Shown here piece after piece: positions 50,426-57,815 of a DNA stretch of 64,000 bases. The position numbers and the translations under genes are program-made. Below the pieces are notes generated by a model that saw only the letters and a list, made by a program, of their open reading frames with translations, did not search any database and had not been told where the DNA came from. Location: IMG/VR virus record IMGVR_UViG_2711768659_000002, positions 6,897 through 70,896 of that record. The stretch is one strand, 5' to 3'. How positions within the stretch are numbered: position 1 is the stretch's first letter; every line of letters starts with the position of its first letter. The DNA comes from a virus. Its lineage: Duplodnaviria; Caudoviricetes.

Positions 50426-50590
50426 CTATTCTTCGCGTTTGCAGCTCTCACATCGTAATATGGTTCTTTTGTCAGTCACCAGATAACCCTGCTCCATAAG
50501 CGCTTGTTCAATAATAAGACATTCTGAATCACATTTTTTACATATTATCTTGATTTTTTTTGGTTTTCGAGCAACCAGGTCCTTAAACAT
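50426..50590 (-). CDS. Hypothetical 54-aa Zn-ribbon protein
   Basis: CKKC...CESC; ATG overlaps upstream stop. Confidence 0.5.
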   Translation of the reverse strand: MFKDLVARKPKKIKIICKKCDSECLIIEQALMEQGYLVTDKRTILRCESCKREE

Positions 50591-51104
50591 GGCAATAGTT
50601 CCTCCAATGTTCCCTCACAAAGCCCCTCATACCAGCACCGGGATTATATTCCGGATACACTTTCAAAAACTCGGCTTCGCAATCTTCCAGCGTTTCGCCT
50701 TTGATAATGCCATTCTTGATGAGATATAGCAGACAAATGGATGCTGACCTGCTCTCACCCTGATTGCAATGCACCAAAACTTTGCAGCCTTCAGATAATT
50801 TCTTTTCAATGAAGTCCAGAGCCTTGTCAATCATTCTTTTATCAAAAAAATCAGGCTTTGGGGCATCGACGATATTTAATGCCAGCCTATTTCCACGTTC
50901 AGACCATAGATATTCGGGAGAATCTTTTGGACAACCACGGCCAGTATAACCTACAAATTGCCTGTGGTGTGATTCTTTGCAGGCATGCAAAACTGCCCAT
51001 CCGTTTGTTGGCTGATCAACTTCTCTACCAGGAATGTGTTCTTTTTCAAGATTTAGATAATCATGATCGTTGCCACAGAATAAATTTTTAAATATTTCTC
51101 TCAT
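50583..51104 (-). CDS. Dual-specificity / tyrosine phosphatase family protein
   Basis: VLVHCNQGESRSAS (CX5R). Confidence 0.85.
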   Translation of the reverse strand: MREIFKNLFCGNDHDYLNLEKEHIPGREVDQPTNGWAVLHACKESHHRQFVGYTGRGCPKDSPEYLWSERGNRLALNIVDAPKPDFFDKRMIDKALDFIEKKLSEGCKVLVHCNQGESRSASICLLYLIKNGIIKGETLEDCEAEFLKVYPEYNPGAGMRGFVREHWRNYCHV

Positions 51105-51181
51105 AATGACCTCCAATTATATATTAATAAAATAAAAATAAACGCATTGCAAAAACCTCGAAACACTGATGTATCAATGTG

Positions 51182-51210
51182 TTGACGGAAAACAAGTTTT
51201 ATAGTATAAT
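51182..51210 (+). promoter_or_regulatory. Near-consensus sigma-A promoter antisense to the late operon
   Basis: TTGACG-17 nt-TATAAT. Confidence 0.8.
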
Positions 51211-51272
51211 CTTTTTTAGAGTTAAAAATATTGAGTTACATGGCCATGTACTCCCGGAAAGGAGTACAAATT

Positions 51273-51353
51273 ATGAAAATAAAATATAAATTAATAATTG
51301 CATTAATAATCATTTTGATTTTGATAATTTTGTCAGTAGAGCCTGTATACTAG
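51273..51353 (+). CDS. 26-aa hydrophobic peptide, type I toxin-like (not in ORF track)
   Basis: MKIKYKLIIALIIILILIILSVEPVY*; AGGAG RBS locked in an 8-bp hairpin; own promoter; downstream hairpin at 51365-51383. Confidence 0.65.
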   Translation: MKIKYKLIIALIIILILIILSVEPVY

Positions 51354-51420
51354 AAATAGTAGGGCAGAGGTTATTAACCTCTGTACCTCACAAATAATAT
51401 TAATATAATTAATATTATAA

Positions 51421-51570
51421 TTACTCAGTATTTTCATCATCCTTAACATCAAAAATACAACCTTTACCCGAATTTTTAATATAAAAGTCAAAGAAATCTT
51501 TATAAGTCTTAAGCTCAACAACCTCAAGATTTTGCCATTCATGCCATTTGCAGAAACATAACTTTATCAT
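51421..51570 (-). CDS. Hypothetical 49-aa protein
   Basis: MIKLCFCKWHEW...; weak RBS. Confidence 0.4.
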   Translation of the reverse strand: MIKLCFCKWHEWQNLEVVELKTYKDFFDFYIKNSGKGCIFDVKDDENTE

Positions 51571-51583
51571 ATATTCTTGTCCC

Positions 51584-51739
51584 TTACAATTTTTTCTCAA
51601 TAACGCTAGATATTCCAGCCCAGGGTATAAAGAGTAGAATCAATAATGGATTATCATAGTGTGAACTAAGAAGTATAAATATACCTAGTGCAAACATATC
51701 AATTCGCCCGAATATTCCTTTAAAAAGCCATTTAATCAT
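51584..51739 (-). CDS. Hypothetical 51-aa membrane protein
   Basis: GGAGG RBS; two hydrophobic stretches. Confidence 0.5.
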   Translation of the reverse strand: MIKWLFKGIFGRIDMFALGIFILLSSHYDNPLLILLFIPWAGISSVIEKKL

Positions 51740-51755
51740 TACATTCAACCTCCAA

Positions 51756-52301
51756 TCATTTATGTAATAAAAAATTCCTGAGGTAGTAATAAAACGACAG
51801 ATAAATAAACTGTCCAGAGCATTTTTTATCTTTCATAAAATAAAAGGGAATATCATATCGCTCGCTGAAACTATGCAAAGTAGCCAAAAATGACTCGGGC
51901 TTGTATTCAGTTCTGTAATTATGCTTAAGAATATCAGTGTATTCAGCATCTTCAATTAAAAGCAGCATTTTACCCTTCTTCCGAATGAATTCCGATTCAA
52001 TCCGGAGCCGGTCATTCGTGAAGTTTCCCGAGAGCTCAACTAAATCACCTTTGCGCTCGATGCTGATTTTATCCGTAAAATACAAATCCCTGACTATTCC
52101 TAATTCAGGAGCAGCAGGGAGGAAGAAGCTGTAATCACCAGATTCGATTTTCTGAGTGACATATGGAATTTTCTTTTCAGTCAGCCATTTAGTAATATGG
52201 CCAAAAACAGTTTCTCTACTATCAATAATAATTGTCATGCTTTTAAGTAATAATTGTAATTCTTTATCACTATATCTATAAAAGCTAACCATAGTTGCCA
52301 C
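51756..52301 (-). CDS. ERCC4-domain nuclease
   Basis: IIIDSRE...GDYS...SIERKG..EL..N...R...E. Confidence 0.88.
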   Translation of the reverse strand: MATMVSFYRYSDKELQLLLKSMTIIIDSRETVFGHITKWLTEKKIPYVTQKIESGDYSFFLPAAPELGIVRDLYFTDKISIERKGDLVELSGNFTNDRLRIESEFIRKKGKMLLLIEDAEYTDILKHNYRTEYKPESFLATLHSFSERYDIPFYFMKDKKCSGQFIYLSFYYYLRNFLLHK

Positions 52302-52914
52302 CTGCCTTATCAGTGAGTTGGTCAGTGTAAATCAGAATTTTTCCTTCTCGGTTTTTATCATAAAAATCTTGAAGTGGGTACCAAACAAAAAAATCTTCAT
52401 CATCTTTTGAGGCATTACATCTTCTGCAAGCGCATACAATATTGGACTTTGTGTAGTTGCCACCTTTTACTAATGGTATGAAATGGTCGTTTTCAAGCTT
52501 GACTTTTTCACCGCAATAAGCGCATAAATTATTGAAATATTTAAGACATTCTTTCCAATCGGTGCTAGTAAAATTATTTAATAGATTCTTTAGCCTTTCT
52601 CGCCTTTTTCTAACAGATTCAAGTCGCATCTGATGACCTTTTTCAGTCTTTTCCCATGCCTTAGAGGTTTCTTTATCTCTTTCTTTATTTTTTATTCTAT
52701 AATCGCGGACATAGTTTTTGTTTTCTTTTGTCCATTTCCGTTTTCTTAGAATAAGTTTGTCGTGATGTTTCGCCATATACTGTTTATAATCATCACTGCA
52801 ACATTGTTTACATCTGTACTGTAAACCATCTTTGTAGTTTTTGTTTTTCGAGAAATACTCAGAAGTTGCAGGCTTTAACTGATTACATTTGTTGCATCTT
52901 TTTAGTTCTTCCAT
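52285..52914 (-). CDS. HNH endonuclease with N-terminal Zn-binding domain
   Basis: CNKC..KP..YF...C..C; CAYCG...DHFIPL.KGG....NIVCACRRCNASK. Confidence 0.9.
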   Translation of the reverse strand: MEELKRCNKCNQLKPATSEYFSKNKNYKDGLQYRCKQCCSDDYKQYMAKHHDKLILRKRKWTKENKNYVRDYRIKNKERDKETSKAWEKTEKGHQMRLESVRKRRERLKNLLNNFTSTDWKECLKYFNNLCAYCGEKVKLENDHFIPLVKGGNYTKSNIVCACRRCNASKDDEDFFVWYPLQDFYDKNREGKILIYTDQLTDKAGGNYG

Positions 52915-53018
52915 GATTTTCGCACCCTTTCAGTATTCGCACCATATGTATAAAAAGACATAAGAAAAGCGAGGTAGGTGCGTATACCTCGCTATCAGCC
53001 CGTCGGCTGTCTTCTGCC
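52915..53018 (-). ncRNA. Structured 5' leader of the second HNH gene (same architecture as 48215-48312)
   Basis: Outer stem GGCAGAAGA/UCUUAUGUC; hairpins CAGCC/GGCUG and AGCGAGGU/ACCUCGCU; loop CGCACC complementary to two GGUGCG, one at the RBS. Confidence 0.7.
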
Positions 53019-53026
53019 ATATTTAA

Positions 53027-53575
53027 CTATTCATCATCTGAATTATCAATCTGTATTGCTCCCTGGACTGTCCCGGAGCTCTTGAACATGAAATTAATCT
53101 TCTGCTTTTTCTTGGTACCGAATTCGTCCGTAGAATTTCGGTTCATAAGATTTTTTAGAGTGCCAGTTAATCGTTCAGCAGCTTCAGCCATGAATTTCAT
53201 GTCCATAGGAGTGTTTATGTTTTTTGATACACGGTCCAGGGTTTCTTTTGAAAGAACAGAATCAATTATCTTCTCAACAGCTCCGACTGTTTTTCTGGCA
53301 GTATCGAGCTTCTTATTATCAACCTCTAGCTCAATCTGCTGCCGTTTGACTGCCAACTGCTGCTTATTTATCTGCGCCAGAGACTCTATATCGGTTATCA
53401 TTTGGACTCTTTGTTCAGTTTCATCATTTACGGTTATAATAGGCGATTGCAGGAGGGGATTAACCGGTAGAAGTTCGTTTTCCAGAGGGCTAGGTTCGAA
53501 GATGTCTACTTCTACAGGGTCTGATTTCTGTTTTGCAGGTGTTTTTTTAGTTTTATGAGATTGTTTAGCCGACAC
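53027..53575 (-). CDS. Hypothetical helical protein, candidate terminase small subunit
   Basis: Size, helical core and position near the start of the late operon; no diagnostic motif. Confidence 0.35.
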   Translation of the reverse strand: MSAKQSHKTKKTPAKQKSDPVEVDIFEPSPLENELLPVNPLLQSPIITVNDETEQRVQMITDIESLAQINKQQLAVKRQQIELEVDNKKLDTARKTVGAVEKIIDSVLSKETLDRVSKNINTPMDMKFMAEAAERLTGTLKNLMNRNSTDEFGTKKKQKINFMFKSSGTVQGAIQIDNSDDE

Positions 53576-53600
53576 GATATCACCTGCTTTCGGGGGAAAG

Positions 53601-53627
53601 AAAAAGCACCCTTGATTTTAAGGTGCT
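53601..53627 (-). terminator. Intrinsic terminator after the 93-aa moron
   Basis: agcacc/ggtgct stem plus T-run on minus strand. Confidence 0.65.
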
Positions 53628-53651
53628 CAAATCACATGCTATATCTTTTGA

Positions 53652-53933
53652 TTAGGTTTCTTTCAGGTATGTATCTCTCAGGTTAGCGAGTAAAACATTA
53701 CCTCTGGCTATTTCGCCGTTATAATTATAAACAATAAAATCATATCCAGGGTATTGTTTTTTTAGTTTTTCCTTTAAAAATGACACATTAGCAGAGTTCA
53801 TTGTTGCATATTTTGCGTTATAGTTATATGGCAAATCAACTTCACTTCTTACGTTCTTCCCATTTTTAACAAAGTCTACTCGGACACCTTCAATTTCAAA
53901 AATAGTTTTCTCAACATAGGCAACTGTTGGCAT
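53652..53933 (-). CDS. 93-aa moron protein of unknown function
   Basis: AGGAGG RBS; own promoter TTGAAG-17-TATAAT (53958-53986); own terminator. Confidence 0.8.
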   Translation of the reverse strand: MPTVAYVEKTIFEIEGVRVDFVKNGKNVRSEVDLPYNYNAKYATMNSANVSFLKEKLKKQYPGYDFIVYNYNGEIARGNVLLANLRDTYLKET

Positions 53934-53997
53934 ATTAGCACCTCCTTTTTATGTTAAATTATACATAAAGAAGTGTAATGCTTCAAGTTATTACAAT

Positions 53998-54573
53998 TTA
54001 TTTTAAATTTGGGCGTCTATCTATAAATTCCTGATAAGCGATAAAACGAGCCTGCCTATATGAAATCTTCATGTGTGGAGCTGCCTTGTTCGCATTATCT
54101 ACCACACGCTTAAATTCTGTTGCTAATTCTTTTGGTATCCAATCATTCCAGTTTTCACAATTCTCAGGCTTTGTCTTTGGCCTGCCAGAGCTCACCTTTG
54201 GAACTCTCCCGGTCCGCTGCCATTTATCAAAGTGACTTTTCTTTATAGCCCATGTCTTGCGGCCTTCTTCTTCAAAACAGACAAAGAGGTGGGCAATAGG
54301 GGCAAGTTCACTTACACCAGAGGGATTGCTTTTATCAAATTTGGCAACGGTTGCTTTTGGGATACCTAACATGCGAGCGACACCAAATAAACTGTAAAAG
54401 GATTCTGGCGCTTTAAGCATGGCCATCACCACCAGTGGCAGCTTTTTGAGCTTTCCTGAATTGATATATTTTACGTCTGATTGCACGTCGGCGCTCTTTA
54501 AAAGCTTCGCATTGCTTTCTCTGTCTGTATTTATCGCAACCAATACAATTTTTTTGACACTCCATAAAACCAC
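53998..54573 (-). CDS. Hypothetical, probably DNA-binding, protein
   Basis: GGAGG RBS; basic; GRPK AT-hook-like motif. Confidence 0.6.
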   Translation of the reverse strand: MVLWSVKKIVLVAINTDRESNAKLLKSADVQSDVKYINSGKLKKLPLVVMAMLKAPESFYSLFGVARMLGIPKATVAKFDKSNPSGVSELAPIAHLFVCFEEEGRKTWAIKKSHFDKWQRTGRVPKVSSGRPKTKPENCENWNDWIPKELATEFKRVVDNANKAAPHMKISYRQARFIAYQEFIDRRPNLK

Positions 54574-54587
54574 CTCCAGGGAACTAA

Positions 54588-54702
54588 ATATGCGGGCAGG
54601 GATTTACACCCTGCATGTGATGCTTCCGTTAAGTCTATGCACCACTTAATTTGATGTGTTACCACCAAAAGCCATGCGTCTACCTATTCCGCCACCGCAT
54701 AT
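54588..54702 (-). ncRNA. tRNA-like RNA (Leu-type D-arm, T-like arm, expanded central domain)
   Basis: AUAUGCGG/CCGCAUAU acceptor; UGGCGGAAUAGGUAGACGC D-arm; GCAGGG-UGUAAAU-CCCUGC T-like arm; no canonical anticodon arm or CCA. Confidence 0.65.
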
Positions 54703-54892
54703 TCAACCATTTCTTTCAGGCTGCCATCTTGAGCAAAACTGCCCCAGGACAACCACCGCGCCTTTCAAGCCGGGAGCTACTTAGGCATCACTCAAGCTAA
54801 AGGCTGCTTATGCCTGATGTACTCACAACAGGCTTCTGACATCTTATATCCATTCATCATTATTTATGCTAAGGCTCTGTGGCCGATTAGCT

Positions 54893-55447
54893 TTATTTTA
54901 TAACTTGAAATTTTGGTCGAAGTTCGATTGCCTCTTCCAGAAATTTGTCAATTACCCATTTTGGCAGGACCTTTTTAAATTCTTCCTGGAAGAACAGGAA
55001 AACATTTAATGTCAGTCGCTTTTCCTTGAAGCCATACAATGGATTGAATACAAAGTAAACAAGGCCGTCAAAGGAGATTTCTGTTATAACGCTGGCCCGT
55101 TTCATTTTTTTTATTAAGGCCTTGCATTGTCGATCACTCATATCAAGAACTTTACTCATTTCAATAGTGGTAATTGGTTTAATAGTATTGCCACTCCTAT
55201 AAACGAGAAATTGATTGTCTTTTAAAATATAATGCTTTAACTCATGAATCCGACCTTTTTCTGCCCAAGTAAATTCCTCAGGGAGTGGAACCTCTAAAAA
55301 GGTCTTTACATTTGCCTTGCGGCTCCAGAATAAATAACCCTCATCATCAAATTGTAAGTCCACCCATTGAACTTTTTCGCTGAATTCGCCAGTTGATTGG
55401 TTAGTATACCGTGTAATTTTCTTTGCTTTTTGTTCCATATTCATCAC
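54893..55447 (-). CDS. RepL-like HTH protein, first gene of the late transcript
   Basis: NQSTGE N-terminus; ITTIEMSKVLDMSDRQC..LIKKM HTH; FVFNPLY. Confidence 0.6.
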   Translation of the reverse strand: MMNMEQKAKKITRYTNQSTGEFSEKVQWVDLQFDDEGYLFWSRKANVKTFLEVPLPEEFTWAEKGRIHELKHYILKDNQFLVYRSGNTIKPITTIEMSKVLDMSDRQCKALIKKMKRASVITEISFDGLVYFVFNPLYGFKEKRLTLNVFLFFQEEFKKVLPKWVIDKFLEEAIELRPKFQVIK

Positions 55448-55669
55448 CTACAATTTTTTTGTCAAAAACAGGTCATTTTTAACACTTTTTTTGTAAAACG
55501 AAAAAGTCCGATAACCATTGATAAACAATAGATACAAGACTTTTATGGGGGCAATTTTGATACGAGATATTATATAGCATTATATATACATGTCGCATCA
55601 AAACGAAAATAGTAAAGGCACCAGCTCTTAACCAGTGCCTATCAATTCCTACTTGCTCCGCTAGTATAA

Positions 55670-55698
55670 ATTATAGCACAGTACTTGTACTTTGTGTG
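55670..55698 (-). promoter_or_regulatory. Probable late promoter (extended -10, poor -35)
   Basis: TGcTATAAT at 55670-55678; GTCACA at the -35 position, abutting an 11-bp repeat array. Confidence 0.6.
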
Positions 55699-55763
55699 AC
55701 TCATATTTGTAGCAATATTGACTCATGGGAGTATCACGGTTGTATCATATTTGTATCATTTTT
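55698..55763. repeat. Six tandem 11-bp repeats upstream of the late promoter
   Basis: gactcatattt/gtagcaatatt/gactcatggga/gtatcacggtt/gtatcatattt/gtatcattttt. Confidence 0.7.
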
Positions 55764-56027
55764 ATTTTCCGATAAGTTTTTGAATAAAACTTGGTGAAAA
55801 TACAAGTCTTTTTCTGACCTTTTTACTGCGTTTCAGGGTGAAAATGCCATCGACTTATTAATAAATACCAAACTGGAGGGGAAGGCGCACGGAATGCTGG
55901 GTTGACCGGCTTATAGGAAGGGGATATTTTTACGAGAGGTAACTCTCCCGCCCAAGCCCCGACAGCCCCCCAGGGGTCCCCAAATCCTGCAAAAACAGGC
56001 CGAAAGCATGTGCAAAACTGGCAAAAG

Positions 56028-56054
56028 TTATCCACATACCACTATATGTTGTGG
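56028..56054 (+). promoter_or_regulatory. Perfect DnaA box adjacent to an NrdR-like box
   Basis: TTATCCACA (56028-56036) and CCACTATATGTTGTGG (56039-56054). Confidence 0.5.
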
Positions 56055-56134
56055 TTGGCTATCAATCAGGGCTGTGAGGGTACATAAAATACAAATACAG
56101 TACCGAAAATATACAAAAACGGTACTGTGTATGC

Positions 56135-56213
56135 AAATGAGAATGATTATCATTTAAGGGAGAAATGGGAGGGTATGGGCTGGTGTGAATATAAATGAGA
56201 ATCATTATCATTT
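56135..56213. promoter_or_regulatory. Two Fur/PerR-like boxes
   Basis: AAATGAGAATGATTATCATTT (56135-56155) and AAATGAGAATCATTATCATTT (56193-56213); 7-1-7 TGATAAT-N-ATTATCA with one mismatch each. Confidence 0.6.
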
Positions 56214-56720
56214 AGAAAGGGTTTATTCCGGGGCTCGGATACTGCCTGTCAAGTACTTTTACTTTACACAATAACAATACACTTGCACCCTGAACCCCAG
56301 CAGTACAAGGCACTACACAGGCTTGTCAAGTAAAACACCTTTACACACATCCCGTTATGGCCTAAAGCATACTGTTAGCACGACACATAAGGCACAGGTA
56401 AACACCTTGAAACCATTGGAAACAGCGGTGTTTGAATGTATTGTAAACCAAAACATAATATTAAGTTGACAATGAAAAAATCAGTAAAAATGATTTTAAT
56501 TGAAAAGGCTGCTGCCGGCAGCATGATTAAGTAAGAAACATTAATCCAGATCCGATAACCTAACCGCAATCATGTGCCAGCCGGACAAGGAACGAAAAGC
56601 GTGGAGGAGGGGGAGGAAAACCCCCTGAGAATCCTTTGTAATGAATTGCCTGATATATATAACAGTGATATTGATAATATGTTGTAAAGGGTATACAATA
56701 GGTATACAAAAGAACAAGGG

Positions 56721-56936
56721 GTGATTGTATTGACTAAAGCAAATAGAGAGAACCAGACACCTTTTAGGTTTGCACCAATAGTTAAGGAAAGACTGAAGAA
56801 GATAGCACATTACCAAGGTGTTGACATGGTTGTGGTTGTCTCCATGTTGATAAACAAAGAGTATACGGATAACCGGGAGCAAATAGAAGAATACTTGAAG
56901 GATTATCCAATTGATACGGAAAACGCAGATAAATAG
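56721..56936 (+). CDS. Ribbon-helix-helix-like repressor
   Basis: QTPFRF (strand) - VKERLKKIAHYQG - DMVVVVSMLINKEY; operator-like repeats upstream. Confidence 0.6.
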   Translation: MIVLTKANRENQTPFRFAPIVKERLKKIAHYQGVDMVVVVSMLINKEYTDNREQIEEYLKDYPIDTENADK

Positions 56937-56980
56937 AGAAATATTAAGTATCTAATAGATATATAATAGATGTACAGTAT

Positions 56981-57026
56981 AATACCGAATTTCTGAGGAA
57001 TTTACAGATTTTCGGTATTATTTTTG
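56981..57026 (+). terminator. Hairpin/terminator after the RHH gene
   Basis: aataccgaa...ttcggtatt followed by T-run. Confidence 0.55.
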
Positions 57027-57028
57027 AT

Positions 57029-57057
57029 TTGAATTGTATACCCATTGGATATATAAT
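57029..57057 (+). promoter_or_regulatory. Sigma-A promoter of the rightward small-gene cluster, with operator in the spacer
   Basis: TTGAAT-17-TATAAT; TTGTATACCC overlaps the -35 and spacer. Confidence 0.7.
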
Positions 57058-57091
57058 AGATATATAAACAAACGAACCGGAGGGCATGAAC

Positions 57092-57283
57092 ATGAAAGGA
57101 CATTATGCAATCGAAATAATAGGCTGCCGGAAACAAAGGTTTGTTATCAAAAAAGTAGCTGTAACCGGTTTAATCCTTCCGGTAAACGGGAAAGCATACC
57201 GAACATTAGAAAAGGCTCAGACCGCAGCTGCTGATCTGGGATTGATAATAGAAAAAGTTGGAGATTGCTACGAGATTCTATGA
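57092..57283 (+). CDS. Hypothetical early protein
   Basis: GGAGG RBS. Confidence 0.65.
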   Translation: MKGHYAIEIIGCRKQRFVIKKVAVTGLILPVNGKAYRTLEKAQTAAADLGLIIEKVGDCYEIL

Positions 57284-57296
57284 GGAGGGCGCGGAA

Positions 57297-57530
57297 ATGA
57301 AAAATAATTACACATTGCTGGGAATAGGCGCTAAAAGCGAAAAGCCAAATATATTATCACACGGATGTATGCATAAAAGCGTAGGGGTAAAGATCGAGGA
57401 AACTCGCCAGGAAGGTACACCCCTGATATACAACATTTGCATGACCGTCTGGATAGATGAAAACGGAGAGTATATTGATTTTACGAATACCAGATTTAAG
57501 GAATCATATGGGAAGGTGTATTTAAATTAA
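57297..57530 (+). CDS. Hypothetical early protein
   Basis: GAGGAGG RBS. Confidence 0.6.
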   Translation: MKNNYTLLGIGAKSEKPNILSHGCMHKSVGVKIEETRQEGTPLIYNICMTVWIDENGEYIDFTNTRFKESYGKVYLN

Positions 57531-57623
57531 ACAGCTTTAGGCTGGATATTGCTGTGGCAAAGGCAAATACCCCGTGAACATATTTGAATTTATCTTAATC
57601 AGAATCAGAAGGAGGATTGAAAG

Positions 57624-57806
57624 ATGAAAAATAGACTTTTGAAATTAGCTGCAGTTTTAATATTAATGGTGGCTACAGCGGTAATCACCTGGCACATAAC
57701 AATTCTTACGCTGAAAATAGAGGTCAACGAGGACACCGCATATATTACCAGCTTCGGTCAGACAGATGAATTTGATTATATGCCGTTGTGGCACACCGGG
57801 GACTAA
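57624..57806 (+). CDS. Small membrane-anchored early protein
   Basis: AGGAGG RBS; N-terminal TM. Confidence 0.7.
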   Translation: MKNRLLKLAAVLILMVATAVITWHITILTLKIEVNEDTAYITSFGQTDEFDYMPLWHTGD

Positions 57807-57815
57807 AACCTCCGG

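Noticed and set aside
51273-51353. Arbitrium AimP or AgrD signalling peptide
   Set aside because: No adjacent TPR receptor (AimR) or AgrB; no mature-peptide or thiolactone Cys segment after the hydrophobic stretch
53082-53558. Long opposite-strand ORFs in the track (e.g. 8-430, 16368-16877, 19988-20455, 22671-23099, 53082-53558)
   Set aside because: They shadow well-supported genes, lack RBSs and have no recognisable motifs
54588-54702. Functional tRNA-Leu gene
   Set aside because: No 7-nt anticodon loop on a 5-bp stem, T-loop lacks UUC, no CCA; kept only as tRNA-like
55930-56000. cos/pac site in the GC-rich CCCC/GGGG stretch
   Set aside because: Position is plausible but no diagnostic sequence can be established by eye; needs virion-end sequencing
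57531-57623. Pistol/HDV-like ribozyme or c-di-GMP riboswitch in this spacer
   Set aside because: Short hairpins are present but the conserved cores and pseudoknot pairings could not be built
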